From assembly GCA_030704615.1 (NCBI GenBank), contig CM060734.1:22072001-22136000 (forward strand): a stretch of 64,000 nt of DNA. Direction: 5' to 3'. The notes under the pieces were generated by a model. That model was given only the letters and a program-made list of their open reading frames with translations. It ran no database searches and was not told the DNA's origin. Position numbers and translations under genes: made by a program. This DNA comes from Takakia lepidozioides (Eukaryota > Plantae > Bryophyta). Below, piece by piece: positions 60,447 to 64,000 of this stretch (positions within the stretch are counted from its first letter, which is position 1; each line of letters starts with the position of its first letter).

Positions 60447-63400
60447 ATGTCCAGGGAGCGAGATAGACTCATTCGATTTCATTCCAATGTAGGTAGTCTT
60501 CCACTGACTGCCACTGCAGATGACGATGGGTTTGCAGTTGTTCATGAGGATGAGCTGGTTACAGTGTTCCCGCTGGAATTGGGTTCTCTGCTTGTTAAAA
60601 AAGAGGTGTATGACGAGGATGAGAATTTGGATTCTGGGCACTTGGAGAAACCATTGGTTGGCGAGTGTGGAAGGAAGTGGAGAGTCCTTCCAGGCACATA
60701 CCGGGTCCTTGGAAAAGAGAGAAGACAATCAGCAGGATCAGTAGTTACCCCTGGCACTACAACATCGGTCGTGCAGCAGAATGACACAGTTCATGTGAAA
60801 CAAGAGGTGAGCACATCCACTACATTCGTGACTCTTTCAGACTCATCCTCGGAGGATGTTTCTGAGATTCCTCCGCTAGTGCAGACTCCATTCTTGGATG
60901 ATGACAAATTGCAGGAGATAACGAGTGTCATTCCGAAATTAAAAGCCCTCGCAGGGGTGCTTGGGTACAATAGCGAGCTGCGTTTTGTTGATTGGGAGTC
61001 CCTTCGTGTGCAGCGGGCTCAATACGTGCCAGCAGAGTTTGATGGGGACATCTTGTTTGAGCTCAACCCTCCCACATCTTCCAGTGGACTAGCTGGGCTC
61101 TGCAGGGCATGGACAAGAAACATGACGGACACCCTTGGTGCGGGACAAAAACGTCGAACATCCACAACGAAATTGGATTGAAATTTCGAAGGTCGGTTTG
61201 CGCTGGGCATTGCAAGTGCGTGAATATTCTTGCCCTCGCCTGAGAAACAGCGCTAAACCAAACGAAAGTGAGTGGGAAGGTGTGCCCTTGAATCCTTTCA
61301 CCCCAGGGCTTGCCCCTCCCAAGACCAATACTTTTGTGTGCAGGTTCTGCAAACTTTCCCCATCCTGTGTTTTTGTGTGTCACGCTCGTATGTACCAGGT
61401 GGCACACCGATGCAAGACAATGATTCGTGCCTGCATTCATATGGGTACACACGAGCATCATGTGTCCAAAGGAAGTTGCAGGGATAGCGTGGACATCGCT
61501 AGAAATTTGCTGAAGCAGGAGTTCCACAATGCCCCTTGTGCAACACCTTCTGCTATAGCGCTTGCAGCTAGTAAGGCATTCCTGGAAAAACACATATTCG
61601 GTGAAGGGGATGCGACACAACCAATGCTGGATGCAAATTCGCTTGATGCAGTGATGGACCTTTTTTCCGTGTTGAGCTCTCCCAATATTCAAAACCAAGT
61701 GAATGCACTCAGAATGGGCACAGGCACTGCTGAATTCATAGACAACATTATGGACCTCAAACGGAGGAGTCGCTATGAATTCATTCAAAACAGTATCTTC
61801 CCTGGCCAGGGCTCGTCCAAGGTGTATTTGTTCAAGATGTCCACAGTGGGCGAAGGCAGTGGTGTGAGCATTGTCCGCCAAATGCAACCTGGAGGAGATT
61901 TGGCAAAATATTGGTTAATGTTTGATCACGCAAACGGGTGAAGGGTTGGACAACCATGGCGTGCCATGTGTACGATCCAGCGTACCAGCATGTGATCTCC
62001 ATAGCAATTTGTGATATGCAGTCGGAGGACACTGAGTCCCAGATGCTCATGTGGAATTCGCTCCTGGCCGTCATGCAGCGCAATGGAATACAGAACACAA
62101 ATTTGCGGGCTTCATGGCTGATAGTGCACAGGCAAATTTCAATGCAGTGCGGCGCGTGTTTGGTTCGGGGGATCCTAAGGTCCCAATGGAAAATAGGGAA
62201 CGCACATGCCTATTCCATTGGAGTCAATCTCTGGCACATCATACAAAGCGTTGTATTCGCCCTGACCTTCAATTGGAGCACAGAAGGCTCTGCCTCAAGT
62301 ACAAAAATGTCACCTCAATGGGAGAAGCTGAGAGCACTTACCAAGCAATCCGGGCTTGGTGGTTCTTCTCTGGTGCTGCTACTGGTATCCACCTGAAGGA
62401 GTTGGAGGACTGGTTGGTTTTCTGGCACTTCAGGTACAGACAGTGGGGAGCTTCATGACGACGGTAAGCCTCTTCAATCCAGAAACACAAATTTCACTTT
62501 GCATCGTGCCTGTTCATTTGGGGTTGTTGGATTGTCACTTGCAGAACCTCTTCCATTTCTTTACGTTCCTCACATTTTCATGCAATGCCTCCTGCAGGAC
62601 ATGTCCTTGGAGGACTTGGCTGACATGCCATCCTGTAATTTGGCGGAAACTGTTCACAACGCCTGGATGCAGCAATCTACCAAAGCGGTCCCGAGAGGGA
62701 ACTGTCCTAGCAGCAGCAGATGTAGGACGTTACTTGTATGTGGCCACTGCTGATGACATGGTGTGGGCACTTACACAACAAACCAGGTACCGCAATTTTT
62801 TGATGGGACGGGGTGGAGGCAAGGGCCCCTGATACGACTTTGTTGATGCTAAGGGCTGCGAGTAGGTCCGGAGACCATCGAAGATGGCCAGAGCTCTGAA
62901 CAGGTGCACTGAAGGCTCCCCTTTGCAATCCAGGCTCCCCCATTTGGAAGGCGAGGAAAGATTTGGATCATGCGAAAAGAAATTGAACACTCCTCCAGGG
63001 TCGGACGGAGATTCCCATCGGCCGGACAGGGTCAATTTCTATGTACCAAAGGTGTCTCCAGTGCAGACTAAGTCGTGTGCCCGCCCCTTCCCAGGTGGGT
63101 CCTCCTCCAGTGGAGCAGGTGCAGATCATGCAAGCACAGCAGCAAGAATCCCATTGGAGGAGGTGGTGGCCATGGTGCATGAATCTGATTGCATTGATAG
63201 TGAGTGGCATATAGAACGCACACCCCACCAGGATCTAGAGTGGCTTGCATGGCAATTCGGACCCCCTCTTTCAAGAAATGCAATCAAAAAATATGCAAAG
63301 GCTCTAGGGGGACTCTAGCTCCAACATTCACAGGGTTGTTCCGACCTTATCATAGTGGGGAGTCAAAGGACCACAAGTTCTGGTTCTGCCGAGACGATAT

Positions 63401-64000
63401 GGCACGATGTGTCAAGGGAACAGTTCGTTCTTCGGTGATAATGAAGCCCCCTCCCCCCGCAATTGGCCTGTGAAACTTGGGACGTCGCGTCATCAACCGA
63501 GATAAGCATGCTGGAGGAGGGAGGGTTCTGTCTTGCACGGTCAGGGGTGGTGCCCTCATGCACTGTCAGCACAGATGTGCCACATGCTCCGGCAATGCCT
63601 CCACTCGGTGCCGACTCCCACCCAAACAAAAGAGATAGAAAAACAGTGCGCCGTGTCGCTTCGGGTGCAGATCATGAATGCAAGATGGAATCGGCTAGAA
63701 TTTTGCAGGCTCAGGTGACTCGTATCACCGAAGTCCCTGCCCCGGGGTATGGACGGAATTACACAGTGTTGTCTATTGGCTCAGTTCTTCATGGCAAAGA
63801 ATAGCAGGTTACCGTGGGGAATTTCCCTACGTGCACTTGTCTGGATTTTGTAACGATGCGTGAGGGTGCTCGGCATGAGAGGGAAGTGGGTCCCTGCAAG
63901 CATCAATATTACATATACCTTGTAATTATGTGTTGCGACGGTAAGAGAGACCAATTCATTCACCAAGCCACACTAGGCTACGGAGAAACCTTCTACAGCG
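60447..64000 (+). mobile_element. MULE/Mutator-like transposase gene with C-terminal SWIM finger, frameshifted; runs off the window
   Basis: WLMFDH...WTTMACHVYD, GFMADSAQANFNAVRRVFG...RTCLFHW (D...D, CxxH), CNLAETVHNAW, and FPTCTCLDF...WVPCKH near 63820-63905. Confidence 0.8.

Noticed and set aside
61063-61887. 274-aa minus-strand ORF
   Set aside because: Antisense shadow of the MULE coding region.

Overview
Transposon-rich land-plant nuclear DNA. The plant assignment rests on a B3-domain gene, a spliced UTR1/UTR3-type transporter, KCBP fragments and a telo-box; the TE spectrum suggests a non-seed plant, but the species cannot be determined. Two host genes look intact: an intronless B3-domain gene (4107-5402, +) and a 7-exon UDP-galactose/UDP-glucose transporter (40648-44225, -). 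KCBP kinesin and class-3 lipase exons at 50.2-52.8 kb are pseudogenic fragments. The rest is nested mobile DNA: scrambled pieces of a Dualen/RandI-type LINE, a pogo transposase split by a full chromovirus with a 5-bp TSD, two nested Gypsy relics (one with a PHD finger), a TTAA-flanked piggyBac-like non-autonomous element inside a tRNA-derived SINE, a second LINE, and a MULE/SWIM element. Best candidate for an undescribed system: a ~14-kb unit (~19-32.7 kb) with a Sola1/DUF7869-like transposase divergently paired with a ParB/Srx-like gene and a Pol II CTD-like repeat ORF, carrying about 32 copies of a 16-bp palindrome (ACGGGAGATCTCCCGT) reminiscent of parS. Second: the Dualen LINE appears to encode a chromodomain and a PCIF1-like methyltransferase remnant (neither is fully captured by the ORF track) plus a 2A-like peptide. 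All domain calls are by-eye motif recognition, not database results.
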